DNA of 64,000 nucleotides, from contig JBAZEO010000001.1 of assembly GCA_041653935.1 (NCBI GenBank), forward strand, positions 618,268 through 682,267, in the 5' to 3' direction. The position numbers and the translations under genes are program-made. A model generated the notes under the pieces. The model made no database searches. It worked only from the letters and a program-made list of their open reading frames with translations, and was not told the DNA's origin. Positions 17,434 through 27,240 of the stretch are shown here, piece by piece. The stretch is from Dehalococcoidia bacterium. Lineage in GTDB: Bacteria > Chloroflexota > Dehalococcoidia > E44-bin15. Every line of letters begins with the position of its first letter. The stretch's first letter is position 1.

Positions 17434-19137
17434 CTATAATGAACGCCCGAACTCACGTTCAAGATGGGACGTATTAAAGTGCACCATCGTCGGCCTGCCG
17501 TGCGGACAGGTTAGCGGCGACTCGGCACTCTCCAGATCGCAGATAAGCCGTACCATCTCCTCCATAGTTAATACTTTGCCGGCCCTGACGGCACCGTGGC
17601 ACGCAATCGAAGCGGCAATTTCCTCATCACGATTAGACCTGTCCCCCGCCTCAGAGAACATGTCGATTATCTCATGCACCGCATGGATAATATCGCCTTC
17701 TCCAAGCAGAGCTGGAGCAGTGCGCACCAAATAAGTCTTACCGCCGAAAGATTCGACGGCAAATCCGTAGGATTTCAGCGCTTCCTGAGCCCTGTTCAAC
17801 AAGCTTTCCTGGCGCAGTGAAAGCTCAATTGTCACAGGCTCAAGCATCCCCTGCACTGCAACAGCGCTCCTGACTCTTTGCGCCATCACCTTTTCGAACA
17901 GGATGCGCTCGTGGGCAGCGTGCTGGTCGATGAGATACATACCATCAGGGCCTTCAGCTACGATATAGGTAGTGGCGAGCTGACCGATGATACGCAAAAT
18001 CGGCAAACGTGACTCGGGCAGCGCTCTGGGAGTTTGCTGCGCTTGCGCATGAGCCGGCTCTCTGAACAATCGCTCTTGTATAACACCTCGATCTGCTCCG
18101 CCCGTCGCTGTAGGCGACCCTAATGGCCGCGGCGACCTTTTCGCGTCGGGCACGGACGATTCCGCGACCAGCGCCGCCCGCACCGCCCTCTGCACCAGGG
18201 TGAACACCTCCCCCTCGCTGCGAAACCTAACCTCGGTCTTGGCGGGATGAACGTTTACATCGATATCACCAAGCGGGATAGAGATATTCAAAACAGTGAT
18301 GGGATGTTTGCCGGTCATGAGCAATCCTGAGTACGCTTCTTCGGTAGCACGTGCAAGAAGGCCGCTTCTCACCCACCGCCGATTTACGAAGAAGCTGAGG
18401 CTGTCGCGGCGGGAGCGGGTCAAACTGGGAGCACTGACGAATCCATAAACCTGCGAGCCGCCTTCACCGACCTCAATCATGGCCTCAGCCGTCTTCAATC
18501 CGTAAGTCTCAACCAAAACATCTCTCAAACTGCCATTGCCCGGGGTCTGCAAAACAGTTTTTCCGTCGGTCGCGAGCTCAAATTTGATCTCCGGATAGGC
18601 AAGGCTGTACTGAGCGACGAGGTCCGATATATGCGCGCTCTCAGTAGAGATTGACTTGAGGAATTTTAAACGTGCAGGTACATTCTGAAAAAGGTTTTGT
18701 ACAGTTACTGACGTCCCCTGAGGGCTGGCTTTCTTTCCCTGTTCGGTTATCCGCCCGCCATGCAGAACGATATATGTACCAGTAGAATCTTTATTGGTTT
18801 TGGTAATTATGTCAACTTGTGATACAACCGATATGCTTGGGAGCGCCTCGCCCCTGAATCCCAGGGTAGAGATACTATCGAGATCCGCAGCACCACGTAC
18901 TTTGCTTGTTGCATGGCGCTGAAACGCTAGGGCAACTTCCCTTGCGGGAATACCGGAGCCGTTATCGACGACCCTGATGAGTTTGATCCCGCCATGCTTT
19001 ACTTCAATCTTGATCTTAGTGGACCCGGCATCGATAGCATTCTCTATCAGCTCTTTCACCACCGATGCCGGTCGTTCTACTACCTCACCGGCAGCTATCT
19101 TGGAGACAACGTCCGGTGCTAAGACTTCGATGGGCAT
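17434..19137 (-). CDS. mutL: DNA mismatch repair protein MutL
   Basis: 567 aa. GHKL ATPase motifs IAAGEVVERP, ELIENAIDAG, DNGSGI. C-terminal endonuclease-type domain with CPHGRP. Confidence 0.95.
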   Translation of the reverse strand: MPIEVLAPDVVSKIAAGEVVERPASVVKELIENAIDAGSTKIKIEVKHGGIKLIRVVDNGSGIPAREVALAFQRHATSKVRGAADLDSISTLGFRGEALPSISVVSQVDIITKTNKDSTGTYIVLHGGRITEQGKKASPQGTSVTVQNLFQNVPARLKFLKSISTESAHISDLVAQYSLAYPEIKFELATDGKTVLQTPGNGSLRDVLVETYGLKTAEAMIEVGEGGSQVYGFVSAPSLTRSRRDSLSFFVNRRWVRSGLLARATEEAYSGLLMTGKHPITVLNISIPLGDIDVNVHPAKTEVRFRSEGEVFTLVQRAVRAALVAESSVPDAKRSPRPLGSPTATGGADRGVIQERLFREPAHAQAQQTPRALPESRLPILRIIGQLATTYIVAEGPDGMYLIDQHAAHERILFEKVMAQRVRSAVAVQGMLEPVTIELSLRQESLLNRAQEALKSYGFAVESFGGKTYLVRTAPALLGEGDIIHAVHEIIDMFSEAGDRSNRDEEIAASIACHGAVRAGKVLTMEEMVRLICDLESAESPLTCPHGRPTMVHFNTSHLEREFGRSL

Positions 19138-19143
19138 CTACGA

Positions 19144-19338
19144 TCACTTTATCCACTTGGCTTTCTGGAAGAAAAACTCGGAGAATCCGCACTCTCTACA
19201 TATGTAACAATCGAACCTGTAGTCAGGCCCCATAAAGCCAAGCTTCCCGTACATTGTCATTTCCTGGCGTTCTACCTGCTCGGAAGAACACCTGCCGCAC
19301 TTGGTCGGGATCACATTTATATTTTTCGGATCTGCCAT
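19144..19338 (-). CDS. Small zinc-ribbon protein
   Basis: 64 aa from MADPKN (AGGAGG RBS). CGRC...CRECG Cys pairs. 6 nt upstream of mutL. Confidence 0.55.
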   Translation of the reverse strand: MADPKNINVIPTKCGRCSSEQVERQEMTMYGKLGFMGPDYRFDCYICRECGFSEFFFQKAKWIK

Positions 19339-19384
19339 TGAGTAACCTCCTGCCGACATGTTTTATTGTCGGCTCGATCCCGTC

Positions 19385-19834
19385 CTACCAGTCCTGTTTC
19401 CCCTTTGAGAAAGAGGCTGTCAAGATAGCGAAAATCAAACCAACTATCGCCCCAGCAATCGCTATCCAAGCACCATAACTGATGTAACTGAACCCATCAT
19501 TTTGCGCTGTGTCAATAAAGAACCAAGCGGAACCTCCGATAGCCAACAGCGCACCCACTATAGCGAATATGCTTAACGTGACAATAGCTGCCCTGCCGCC
19601 TTTCGAGGCCAAGGAAACTATAAAAACAGGAATTGCGAACACAGCCATTAATATGCCGCCAAGAAACACTAAGAACACATCCAATGCACCGTCTACACTT
19701 ATTGATTCTTTTATCCCATCCCAAGCTGAAACTGTTCCGTATCCCCAGCTGCCCAAATCATACCAAGCTAAGAAGATAGCTACTATCACCACAATGCCAC
19801 AGATTGCCGTGATAATTGATCCTGCTATTCTCAT
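19385..19834 (-). CDS. Polytopic membrane protein (about 5 TM)
   Basis: 149 aa, almost entirely hydrophobic segments, between mutS and mutL. Confidence 0.6.
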   Translation of the reverse strand: MRIAGSIITAICGIVVIVAIFLAWYDLGSWGYGTVSAWDGIKESISVDGALDVFLVFLGGILMAVFAIPVFIVSLASKGGRAAIVTLSIFAIVGALLAIGGSAWFFIDTAQNDGFSYISYGAWIAIAGAIVGLIFAILTASFSKGKQDW

Positions 19835-19925
19835 TGCCCTGCTCCTTTCTGTCTTTTCTCCCTACTATGCCCGACTTAAATATCCTTTGCGCAATTGTAC
19901 TATTAAAATCGGAATTTGTGTAGTC

Positions 19926-22499
19926 CTACTTATAATTGTTATTCTGCGCTTTTTTCTTCAGCTCATATAACTTGTTCAAAGCCTCAAGCGGCGTCATCGC
20001 ATCCGGCTCCAGCTTTGACAATTCATCAACAACCTCCGATGAAACCGCCTCCCCGACAAAGAGCGGAAGTTGAGGAGACGAGGCCGCTTTGATCTTGCCG
20101 TTGCCGTGCCGTTTATCCTCAAGGCTTGAAAGCACTTCCTCAGCACGATGCACCACCGCGCGCGGCAAGCCGGCCAGCTGTGCCACATGGATGCCGTAGC
20201 TTTTATCAGCGCCGCCCGGCAATATGCGCCGCAGGAATATAACCCTGCCCTTCTCCTCAGCCACGGCGACATTGAAATTCTTAACCCGCGGTAAAAAGTT
20301 GGCCAATTCGACCAATTCGTGATAATGAGTCGCGAATATGGTCTTTGCGCCCATTTTAGGATGGTTGTGAATGTATTCGGCAACGGCCTGTGCGATAGAT
20401 ATCCCGTCGTAGGTGCTGGTGCCCCTGCCGATCTCGTCCAGAATCAGAAGCGAACGCGGCGTAGCGTGATTCAGAATATTTGCCGTTTCCTCCATCTCAA
20501 CCATAAAGGTCGAGCGACCCGTCGCCAGGTCATCCTGCGCCCCAACGCGGGTGAATATCCTGTCGACGATCCCGATCTTGGCGGAATCAGCAGGAACAAA
20601 GCTGCCTATCTGCGCCATAAGAACAATAAGGGCCACCTGACGGAGATACGTCGACTTGCCCGCCATGTTAGGCCCGGTGAGTATGACCATCTGCACTTCA
20701 TCGTTCGACAGATAGGTATCATTGGGTATAAAAGGCTCACCGTCCAGCATGCGCTCTACAACAGGATGGCGGCCGTTGGAAATTGAAATAACGTTGCCCT
20801 CACTCAGCTCGGGCCGCACATAGCCGGAACGCACCGCCACTTCCCCAAGCGAGGAAGAGACATCGATCTGAGCTATAGCCGAAGCCGTCTCCAATATGCG
20901 CTCGGCTGCGGCACCCACCTGGCCCAATACCTGCCGATATATCGTGCCCTCAAGCTCAACGAGACGCTCCTGCGCATTCAGGATGATAGACTCATATTCC
21001 TTGAGTTGCGGCGTGTAATAACGCTCGGCATTTGCCAGCGTCTGCTTGCGGATGTAATCATCAGGCACCTGTGTCACGTTCGCATTCGATATCTCGATGT
21101 AATACCCGAAGACCCTGTTATAGCCGACTTTTAGCGACTTTATACCCGTGCGCTCGCGCTCAACGCGCTCCAGATTCGCTAGGTAGCTCTTGGCATCCTT
21201 AGACGCCACCCTGATGGAATCCAGTTCCGGCGAGAACCCTGCTTTGATAACACCATCGCCGAGATTCTGCGGAGGCTCATCGGCGATCGCCTTAGATATT
21301 AAATCGACCGTCTCTCTGCATAGATCGATATTTTGAGATAACCAATCGACATCACCCGCCTGCTCTTTCTGTATGACATCCCGAAGCTCGGACGACGCCT
21401 CGAGACTGCGGCGCAGCGCCACCACCTCCCTCGGCGTGGCGATGCCGCTCCTCACACGATTTATGATCCTTTCGAGGTCGACGATCTTTGCCAGAATCGT
21501 TACTACCTTCGTGCGACGGCGCGTATCGGCATGGAACCACTCCACGGCATCCAGCCTGCGGTTGAGCTGAGCCACATCCAGCAGCGGCTGCCCCACCCAG
21601 CGCCGCAGCAGCCTGGCACCCATCGGCGTCCTGGTCAGGTCGATAACCGAGAGCAGCGAGCCCTCCTTATCCTGCCTAAACGTCTGGAACAGCTCCAGAT
21701 TGCGGCGTGTTTGCGGGTCCAGCGTCATAAACGACTCGGTGCTGTACGTAGAAAGTCCGGTCAGCTGCTTCAATGCCGGCTTCTGCGTCTCGCCGAGGTA
21801 GTGCACGATAGCGCCGGCGGAACGTATCGCCAGAGGCAACCCGGCACATCCGTAGCCCTCAAGACTTGTCACACCAAAATGCTCTCGCAGGAGATGCCTG
21901 GTGGCCTCCAGTTCAAAATACTGCACATCGACAGGCGTGACCGGGGCAGCGCCGCCCTGCATATCAGTGCCCTTGGGCGCCAGTATCTCCGACGGGCGCA
22001 GGCGCTCCAGCTCCGACTGCATGCGTTCGATAGGCAGCTGCGTGGTTTGGAATTCGCTGGTAGTTATATCAGCGTAAGCGATGCCGGCCTGCTGGCCTTC
22101 AGTTACAATAGAAGCGAGATAGTTGTTTGCATTGCCTCTCAGCAGTCCAGGTTCGACCACCGTGCCCGGCGTGACCACGCGAACGACATCACGATCGACG
22201 AGACCTTTGGCAGCCTTGGGATCGCTCAGCTGTTCGCAGATGGCCACCTTATGACCCTTATTTATCAGGCGTGCAAGATAATTATCCAGAGCATGATAGG
22301 GAATCCCCGCCAGCGGCACCTTGTTGCCCTTCCCCATCTCCCGCGACGTTAAAACTATCTCCAGTTCTTTCGACACTACCCTGGCGTCATCATCAAACGT
22401 CTCGTAGAAGTCTCCCAGGCGGAAGAACACTATGGTATTAGGATACTTCTTCTTGATACGGAGGTATTGCTGTCTCAGGGGGGTCATTTTGTCATTCAT
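19926..22499 (-). CDS. mutS: DNA mismatch repair protein MutS
   Basis: 857 aa. N-terminal mismatch-binding FYETF, Walker A GPNMAGKST, DEIGRGTSTYDG. Confidence 0.96.
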   Translation of the reverse strand: MNDKMTPLRQQYLRIKKKYPNTIVFFRLGDFYETFDDDARVVSKELEIVLTSREMGKGNKVPLAGIPYHALDNYLARLINKGHKVAICEQLSDPKAAKGLVDRDVVRVVTPGTVVEPGLLRGNANNYLASIVTEGQQAGIAYADITTSEFQTTQLPIERMQSELERLRPSEILAPKGTDMQGGAAPVTPVDVQYFELEATRHLLREHFGVTSLEGYGCAGLPLAIRSAGAIVHYLGETQKPALKQLTGLSTYSTESFMTLDPQTRRNLELFQTFRQDKEGSLLSVIDLTRTPMGARLLRRWVGQPLLDVAQLNRRLDAVEWFHADTRRRTKVVTILAKIVDLERIINRVRSGIATPREVVALRRSLEASSELRDVIQKEQAGDVDWLSQNIDLCRETVDLISKAIADEPPQNLGDGVIKAGFSPELDSIRVASKDAKSYLANLERVERERTGIKSLKVGYNRVFGYYIEISNANVTQVPDDYIRKQTLANAERYYTPQLKEYESIILNAQERLVELEGTIYRQVLGQVGAAAERILETASAIAQIDVSSSLGEVAVRSGYVRPELSEGNVISISNGRHPVVERMLDGEPFIPNDTYLSNDEVQMVILTGPNMAGKSTYLRQVALIVLMAQIGSFVPADSAKIGIVDRIFTRVGAQDDLATGRSTFMVEMEETANILNHATPRSLLILDEIGRGTSTYDGISIAQAVAEYIHNHPKMGAKTIFATHYHELVELANFLPRVKNFNVAVAEEKGRVIFLRRILPGGADKSYGIHVAQLAGLPRAVVHRAEEVLSSLEDKRHGNGKIKAASSPQLPLFVGEAVSSEVVDELSKLEPDAMTPLEALNKLYELKKKAQNNNYK

Positions 22500-22622
22500 A
22501 AAATCTATGGGTGTATTCTACAGGAAAACCAAGAAGTGAACAACAAAGAAGCCGCCTTCCGGATTTACCGATTCGGTCGGGAATGACGATGACATATTTG
22601 CTAGCTGCTTGCCCTATTACCA

Positions 22623-23924
22623 TTGCCACTATATAATGATGCCATTCATAAACTAAAAGGCCAAAACGGAAAAACTTTGCGGAACCACTACATCAAGTCT
22701 ATAAGGAAGAGACTACCGGAATTGAGCCAGGCTGCCAATTTATTCAAGCAAAGGGTGTTCCCCGATAAGATTAATGGTTGGAAGCCATATTTGATCCCGC
22801 TTTTGATCGTGGGGATAGTCTTCGGCATCTACTTTCTATCAAACTCCACCCCTCTCGATTGGTACAAACATTACGTCTACCAAGCCCAGGCATTTCTCGA
22901 CGGCAGAGCCGACCTGCAGGGCTTCCCAGGCTACTATCAGGACCTTGTCAATTACAACGGGAAATCCTTTCTAGCAAGCCCCCCAGTACCAGCGCTGGTA
23001 CTGCTTCCAGCAGTAGCTATATGGGGAACGGGTACCGACGAGGTACGCATATCCATGCTCATAGGAGCCATCAATGTTGCGCTAGTCTGGATATTGTTGG
23101 GCCGTATGAGCGTCAATGGCTGGAAACGACCGCTGCTCACAATCCTATTCGGGTTCGGCACGGTCCACTGGCAAGTAGCCATAACAGGAACCACCTGGTT
23201 CTTCGCTGAGATAGTCGCGGTTTTCTTCTTGCTCCTCTGCTTAATCGAATACTTCGGCAGGAAAAGAGCCGCGCTGATAGGCCTATTATTAGGATTTGCG
23301 GCGCTCAGCAGGCTTCCGGTCGTTGTTGGAGGTATCTTTTTCCTTGCAATGTTATACAAAGATGGAGGTATACGCCGCCCCCTGAAATTTATTATCGGGC
23401 TGGCTGTCCCCCTGGCTTTCTACGCCTATTTCAACTACGCGCGTTTCGGAAATCCATTTCAGACCGGCTACGCCCTTCATTCATATGCCTACTATTTCGC
23501 GGCCGATATCGAGCAGTACGGCATGTTCAACCTCAACTATATACCAAAGCATTTATACACCATTCTGCTTATGCCGCCGGAGTATATTTCTTATTTTCCC
23601 TTCCTGAAACCCAAACCCGAGGGAATGAGTATCCTGCTCACAACACCGGCGATACTATATATCGTGAAAGCCAAATTCTCCGAATCAGCCAACCGATGGC
23701 TGCTTCTGTCAATTATAGGTATTCTGTTACCGACTATATTATGGTTCTCCACAGGATGGGTTCAGTTCGGATACCGTTACAGTCTGGATTTCATACCGTT
23801 TATTCTGATACTGATCGTTGCAGGTATGGGTAAAACCATTAATAAAAAGATGATCGCTCTGATTGTCATGTCCGTAGCGGTTAATTTGTGGGGAACCCTC
23901 TGGAGTGTCCACCTGGGATGGTAG
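22623..23924 (+). CDS. GT-C-fold polytopic membrane glycosyltransferase (ArnT/GT39-like)
   Basis: 433 aa, more than 10 TM, extracytoplasmic loop YQDLVNYNGKSFLASPPVP. Start uncertain: 22623 is TTG and lies inside a good promoter (TTGCCC 22609, 17-nt spacer, TATAAT 22632). In-frame TTG at 22719 with an AGGAAGAG RBS is an alternative. Confidence 0.65.
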   Translation: MPLYNDAIHKLKGQNGKTLRNHYIKSIRKRLPELSQAANLFKQRVFPDKINGWKPYLIPLLIVGIVFGIYFLSNSTPLDWYKHYVYQAQAFLDGRADLQGFPGYYQDLVNYNGKSFLASPPVPALVLLPAVAIWGTGTDEVRISMLIGAINVALVWILLGRMSVNGWKRPLLTILFGFGTVHWQVAITGTTWFFAEIVAVFFLLLCLIEYFGRKRAALIGLLLGFAALSRLPVVVGGIFFLAMLYKDGGIRRPLKFIIGLAVPLAFYAYFNYARFGNPFQTGYALHSYAYYFAADIEQYGMFNLNYIPKHLYTILLMPPEYISYFPFLKPKPEGMSILLTTPAILYIVKAKFSESANRWLLLSIIGILLPTILWFSTGWVQFGYRYSLDFIPFILILIVAGMGKTINKKMIALIVMSVAVNLWGTLWSVHLGW

Positions 23925-24066
23925 AGTAAGGATGCTTCTCTATAAATCAAATGATGCAGTAATAGTTGATGCGCCTACGGTATCTGTGCGACAATGTAGC
24001 AACACTGACATTCTATCGTCTCTGCGAGATAATTACGGCTCATAGCAGCTTCCGGAAAAAGAAATA

Positions 24067-25311
24067 ATGCAAACAAAGGCCTTAGAAAAACTGCAACGCT
24101 TCGCCTCCGAACGCAGAGGTCAGATTTTTCTGGTCATAGCGATTCTTGCGGTATCCCTCATCGTACGATTGCTTCTGTTCCATTATCATGGTTATAGCGC
24201 AGATGAAGGCACATTCAAGGCATGGTACAACACCGCTGCTGAAACTGGCCTGCGGAGTTTTTACGATTCAACATCATTCTGCGACTATCCTCCGTTCAGC
24301 ATATACATTTTCTGGATATTCGGTAATCTGGCACACGCCATAGGACCAGACAGCTTAGATTTTCTTATTAAGCTGCCGCAAAACCTGTTCGATCTAGCTA
24401 CTGCTTATCTTATATTCTGTTTCATCCGATCCAGGTATTCCTTTCTACCCGCCCTGGGTGCCATGGCTTTGTACGCCTTTAATCCAGCAACCATCTTCGA
24501 CCTTGCAGTTTGGGGACAGTTTGATTCGATATATGCCTTCTTTATGGTAGCCTCTCTTTATGCACTCATGCGCTCAAAATACGAGCTATCGGGCGGACTG
24601 TTCGGTCTTGCCATACTAACCAAACCTCAAAGTGTAGTCCTACTACCGGTATTAGCCTATGTAATACTGAGAAACGGGAAATGGAAGCGCGCCATATCCA
24701 GCGGAGCTATTTGCATTGCCTTGATTTTCCTGTTTATTTTACCTTTCCATTGGAGCAACCCGATCACTTTCCTTATCGACCGCTACTCGGGCTATGGTGT
24801 GTATCCCTACAACAGCGTCAATGCTTATAACCTCTGGGCGCTGCTGGGCTTCTGGAAACAAGACACCGTACCTCACTTGGGTCTGAGCTACCAGACGTGG
24901 GGTATTATTGTCTTCGTCATCTTTGCAGCTTTTGTCATGTGGCAGCTTCATCGGAGATACGAGCAGAGAGCGGCTGTTTTTGCCGTTTTCCTGCTAATGT
25001 TCGGCTTTTTCATGTTTATGACCAGAATACACGAACGATATCTCTTCCCAGCCTTCGCGCTTCTAGCCATAAGTTGGAATGGACGTTTTACATTCAGATG
25101 TTCAACAACTTGGCTTTACTTAGGGCTCACGTGCACGTATTTAGCCAACCTGGTTTATGTTATGTCAATGCTAAATGCAGGAGCCTTTATCCCGGATGGC
25201 CATTGGTCAATTTACGTTCTGGTTCCAATTAACGTTATTCTGCTATTCTTCGCTGCCTGGAGTTTCTGGAGAATGCAGCGGCGCAAACCGGCTATAGAGG
25301 CATTGCAATGA
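24067..25311 (+). CDS. GT-C-fold membrane mannosyltransferase-like protein (DUF2029/GT87-like)
   Basis: 414 aa, polytopic. First loop DEGTFKAWY...CDYPPFSIY resembles Gpi18/GT87-type glycosyltransferases. Confidence 0.6.
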   Translation: MQTKALEKLQRFASERRGQIFLVIAILAVSLIVRLLLFHYHGYSADEGTFKAWYNTAAETGLRSFYDSTSFCDYPPFSIYIFWIFGNLAHAIGPDSLDFLIKLPQNLFDLATAYLIFCFIRSRYSFLPALGAMALYAFNPATIFDLAVWGQFDSIYAFFMVASLYALMRSKYELSGGLFGLAILTKPQSVVLLPVLAYVILRNGKWKRAISSGAICIALIFLFILPFHWSNPITFLIDRYSGYGVYPYNSVNAYNLWALLGFWKQDTVPHLGLSYQTWGIIVFVIFAAFVMWQLHRRYEQRAAVFAVFLLMFGFFMFMTRIHERYLFPAFALLAISWNGRFTFRCSTTWLYLGLTCTYLANLVYVMSMLNAGAFIPDGHWSIYVLVPINVILLFFAAWSFWRMQRRKPAIEALQ

Positions 25312-27113
25312 AGGGGAAAAACCACCCTCAGACAAAGGCGGAACACAACGAAATTGCTCCCATCACCATATCAGAGGGACACGAGAATAAGTCAGCCCCT
25401 CCACCTCGTGGAGAATCCACCCGCCGACGGCATGTTCTCATCCTAGCAGTTCTAGTTATCATCTTCTTTTCCACAGCCGTCTGGAACCTGGGAGATACTC
25501 ATGTCCCCACCTCCGACTTCACCCCCCAGCAAGATCCTGAGGAAGTCTACCTGGACCTTGGCGATACTATCCGGGTAGATAAAGTCTATTTCCTTGTCCA
25601 AGATGCCAGCAATGTTGATGTTGACCTCTATTGGGGCGCTCCGGAAAGTTGGACCTTCGTTAGGAACTCTCAATATCGCGACATTTGTCGCAAATGGGAA
25701 TATGTCGATTTGGGACAAGATACCAGATATGTTCGGCTGGTATTCAAAGGCGTATCTGGAAGAGTCGGAGAGTTAGCCATCTTCTCAGGAGAAAATAAGC
25801 TAACCATCAGCGGCATATCAACAACAGGGAATGTAACAGCAGCTGATGCCCTTATCGACGAGCAACAACTTATTGGCAACCCCAGCGCTTCTAAATCAAC
25901 TACATATTTCGACGAAATATACTACGTTAGGACGGCGGAAGAGTACCTGAAGCTCCAGAATCCAACGAGTTGGGACCATCCGCCCCTGAGCAAGCTCATA
26001 ATCGCCGCAAGTATAGGTATTTTCGGTCATAATCCCTTTGCCTGGCGCATCGCTGGGGTTATCTTTGCCTCCCTGGCAATCATTCTCATCTTCCTCCTCG
26101 CCAGGCGCATGTTCGGAAACCCCCGGGCCGGCCTGATTGCCGCCTTCCTGCTCACATTTGACTTCATGCACTTTGCTCAAGCCAGGATCGCAACGCCGGA
26201 CACATTTATTATTTTCTTTTTTATTGGCATGGTCTATTTCTTCTATCGCTATTGGCAAGACCCCTCTAACGGAGGGAAATACCTCTTCTGGAGCCTAGTA
26301 TTTTTTGGACTAGGGTTCTCCAACAAGTGGTTTGTCATGTACGGCTTCGTTGGCCTGATGCTGTTGCTGATCATACTGAAAGTCCGCGAGAGAAAAATCA
26401 GAAAGGGCGAGGCTTGCTGGTTCGTGGGCGGTATCGTGGCAGCAGCCTCCGTATATATGCTTTCCTATATCCCATATTTCCTTGCAGGACACAACCTAAG
26501 CGACTGGTGGAACATGACATGGGACATGTATAGATTCCATGCCCATTTGTCAGCACCGCATGCCTGCGGCTCGCCCTGGTACACCTGGCCATTGATGCTA
26601 AACCCTGTCTGGTTCTATGCAGGTTACTTCCCTACTACCCGAGCCTATATATCCAGCTTTGGCAACCCCGCCCTGTGGTGGGCTACTATACCCGTAATGA
26701 TTCCTACAGTATTAATCATCGTCAGCTGGCTGGCCAATCGTATGAAGAACAGAGTCGCCAATGTCATCGCAAGAACTTTTCGTTCTATCTGGCGTGAGAT
26801 GGGCGATAAGCGCGAGGTTGCTCTATTTATCCTAATACCTTTCCTCACTCAATGGCTCTTTTTCATCCCTGTCGGACGTGTAACCTTTATATATCATTTC
26901 TATCCATGTTTGCTCTTTGTAATCCTAGCAGCAATTCTATGGATCGAGTGGCTATGGACAAGGTTCAAGTGGGGTAAGTGGGCAGTCGGAGGCTATCTTG
27001 CCCTCAATGTCGCTTGCTTCGTTTTCTTCTTCCCTGCAATATCAGGCCTACCCATGTCGAACGGATATTGGGATTCGCTGCAATGGATTGTAAGTTGGAT
27101 AATCTGTGTCTGA
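25308..27113 (+). CDS. Protein O-mannosyltransferase-like (GT39/PMT family) with extra N-terminal beta-rich module
   Basis: 601 aa. YFDEIYYVRTAEEY loop-1 motif and WDHPPLSK typical of PMT/GT39. Residues about 60-190 precede it and resemble a discoidin/carbohydrate-binding module (RYVRLVF). ATGA overlap with the upstream GT. Confidence 0.75.
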   Translation: MKGKNHPQTKAEHNEIAPITISEGHENKSAPPPRGESTRRRHVLILAVLVIIFFSTAVWNLGDTHVPTSDFTPQQDPEEVYLDLGDTIRVDKVYFLVQDASNVDVDLYWGAPESWTFVRNSQYRDICRKWEYVDLGQDTRYVRLVFKGVSGRVGELAIFSGENKLTISGISTTGNVTAADALIDEQQLIGNPSASKSTTYFDEIYYVRTAEEYLKLQNPTSWDHPPLSKLIIAASIGIFGHNPFAWRIAGVIFASLAIILIFLLARRMFGNPRAGLIAAFLLTFDFMHFAQARIATPDTFIIFFFIGMVYFFYRYWQDPSNGGKYLFWSLVFFGLGFSNKWFVMYGFVGLMLLLIILKVRERKIRKGEACWFVGGIVAAASVYMLSYIPYFLAGHNLSDWWNMTWDMYRFHAHLSAPHACGSPWYTWPLMLNPVWFYAGYFPTTRAYISSFGNPALWWATIPVMIPTVLIIVSWLANRMKNRVANVIARTFRSIWREMGDKREVALFILIPFLTQWLFFIPVGRVTFIYHFYPCLLFVILAAILWIEWLWTRFKWGKWAVGGYLALNVACFVFFFPAISGLPMSNGYWDSLQWIVSWIICV

Positions 27114-27240
27114 TCTCAATAGATGGAAATTGGTCAAAGTTCCAATCGGTAATATAATCGTCAACCGATAAGCATGAGAAGCATGAGAAGCCCTGAAATC
27201 ATCCGGGGGTATATAGGCCGCAAATTAGCCGTCAGTTTGC

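Noticed and set aside
17205-17462. 85-aa ORF containing RAIHESSLQ across the palindrome cluster
   Set aside because: The translation is a by-product of the GATTCATGAATC/GTAGGGAC repeat units. It overlaps the mutL stop, has no RBS, and is treated as repeat DNA.
21531-22352. 273-aa ORF antisense to mutS
   Set aside because: It overlaps the conserved MutS N-terminal domains. The translation is Arg/Gln/Leu-rich with no motif, so it is an antisense artefact.
27171-27190. Tandem AGCATGAGA duplication in the intergenic region after the PMT gene
   Set aside because: Only two 9-nt units are present. This is too short to assign any function and is probably replication slippage.
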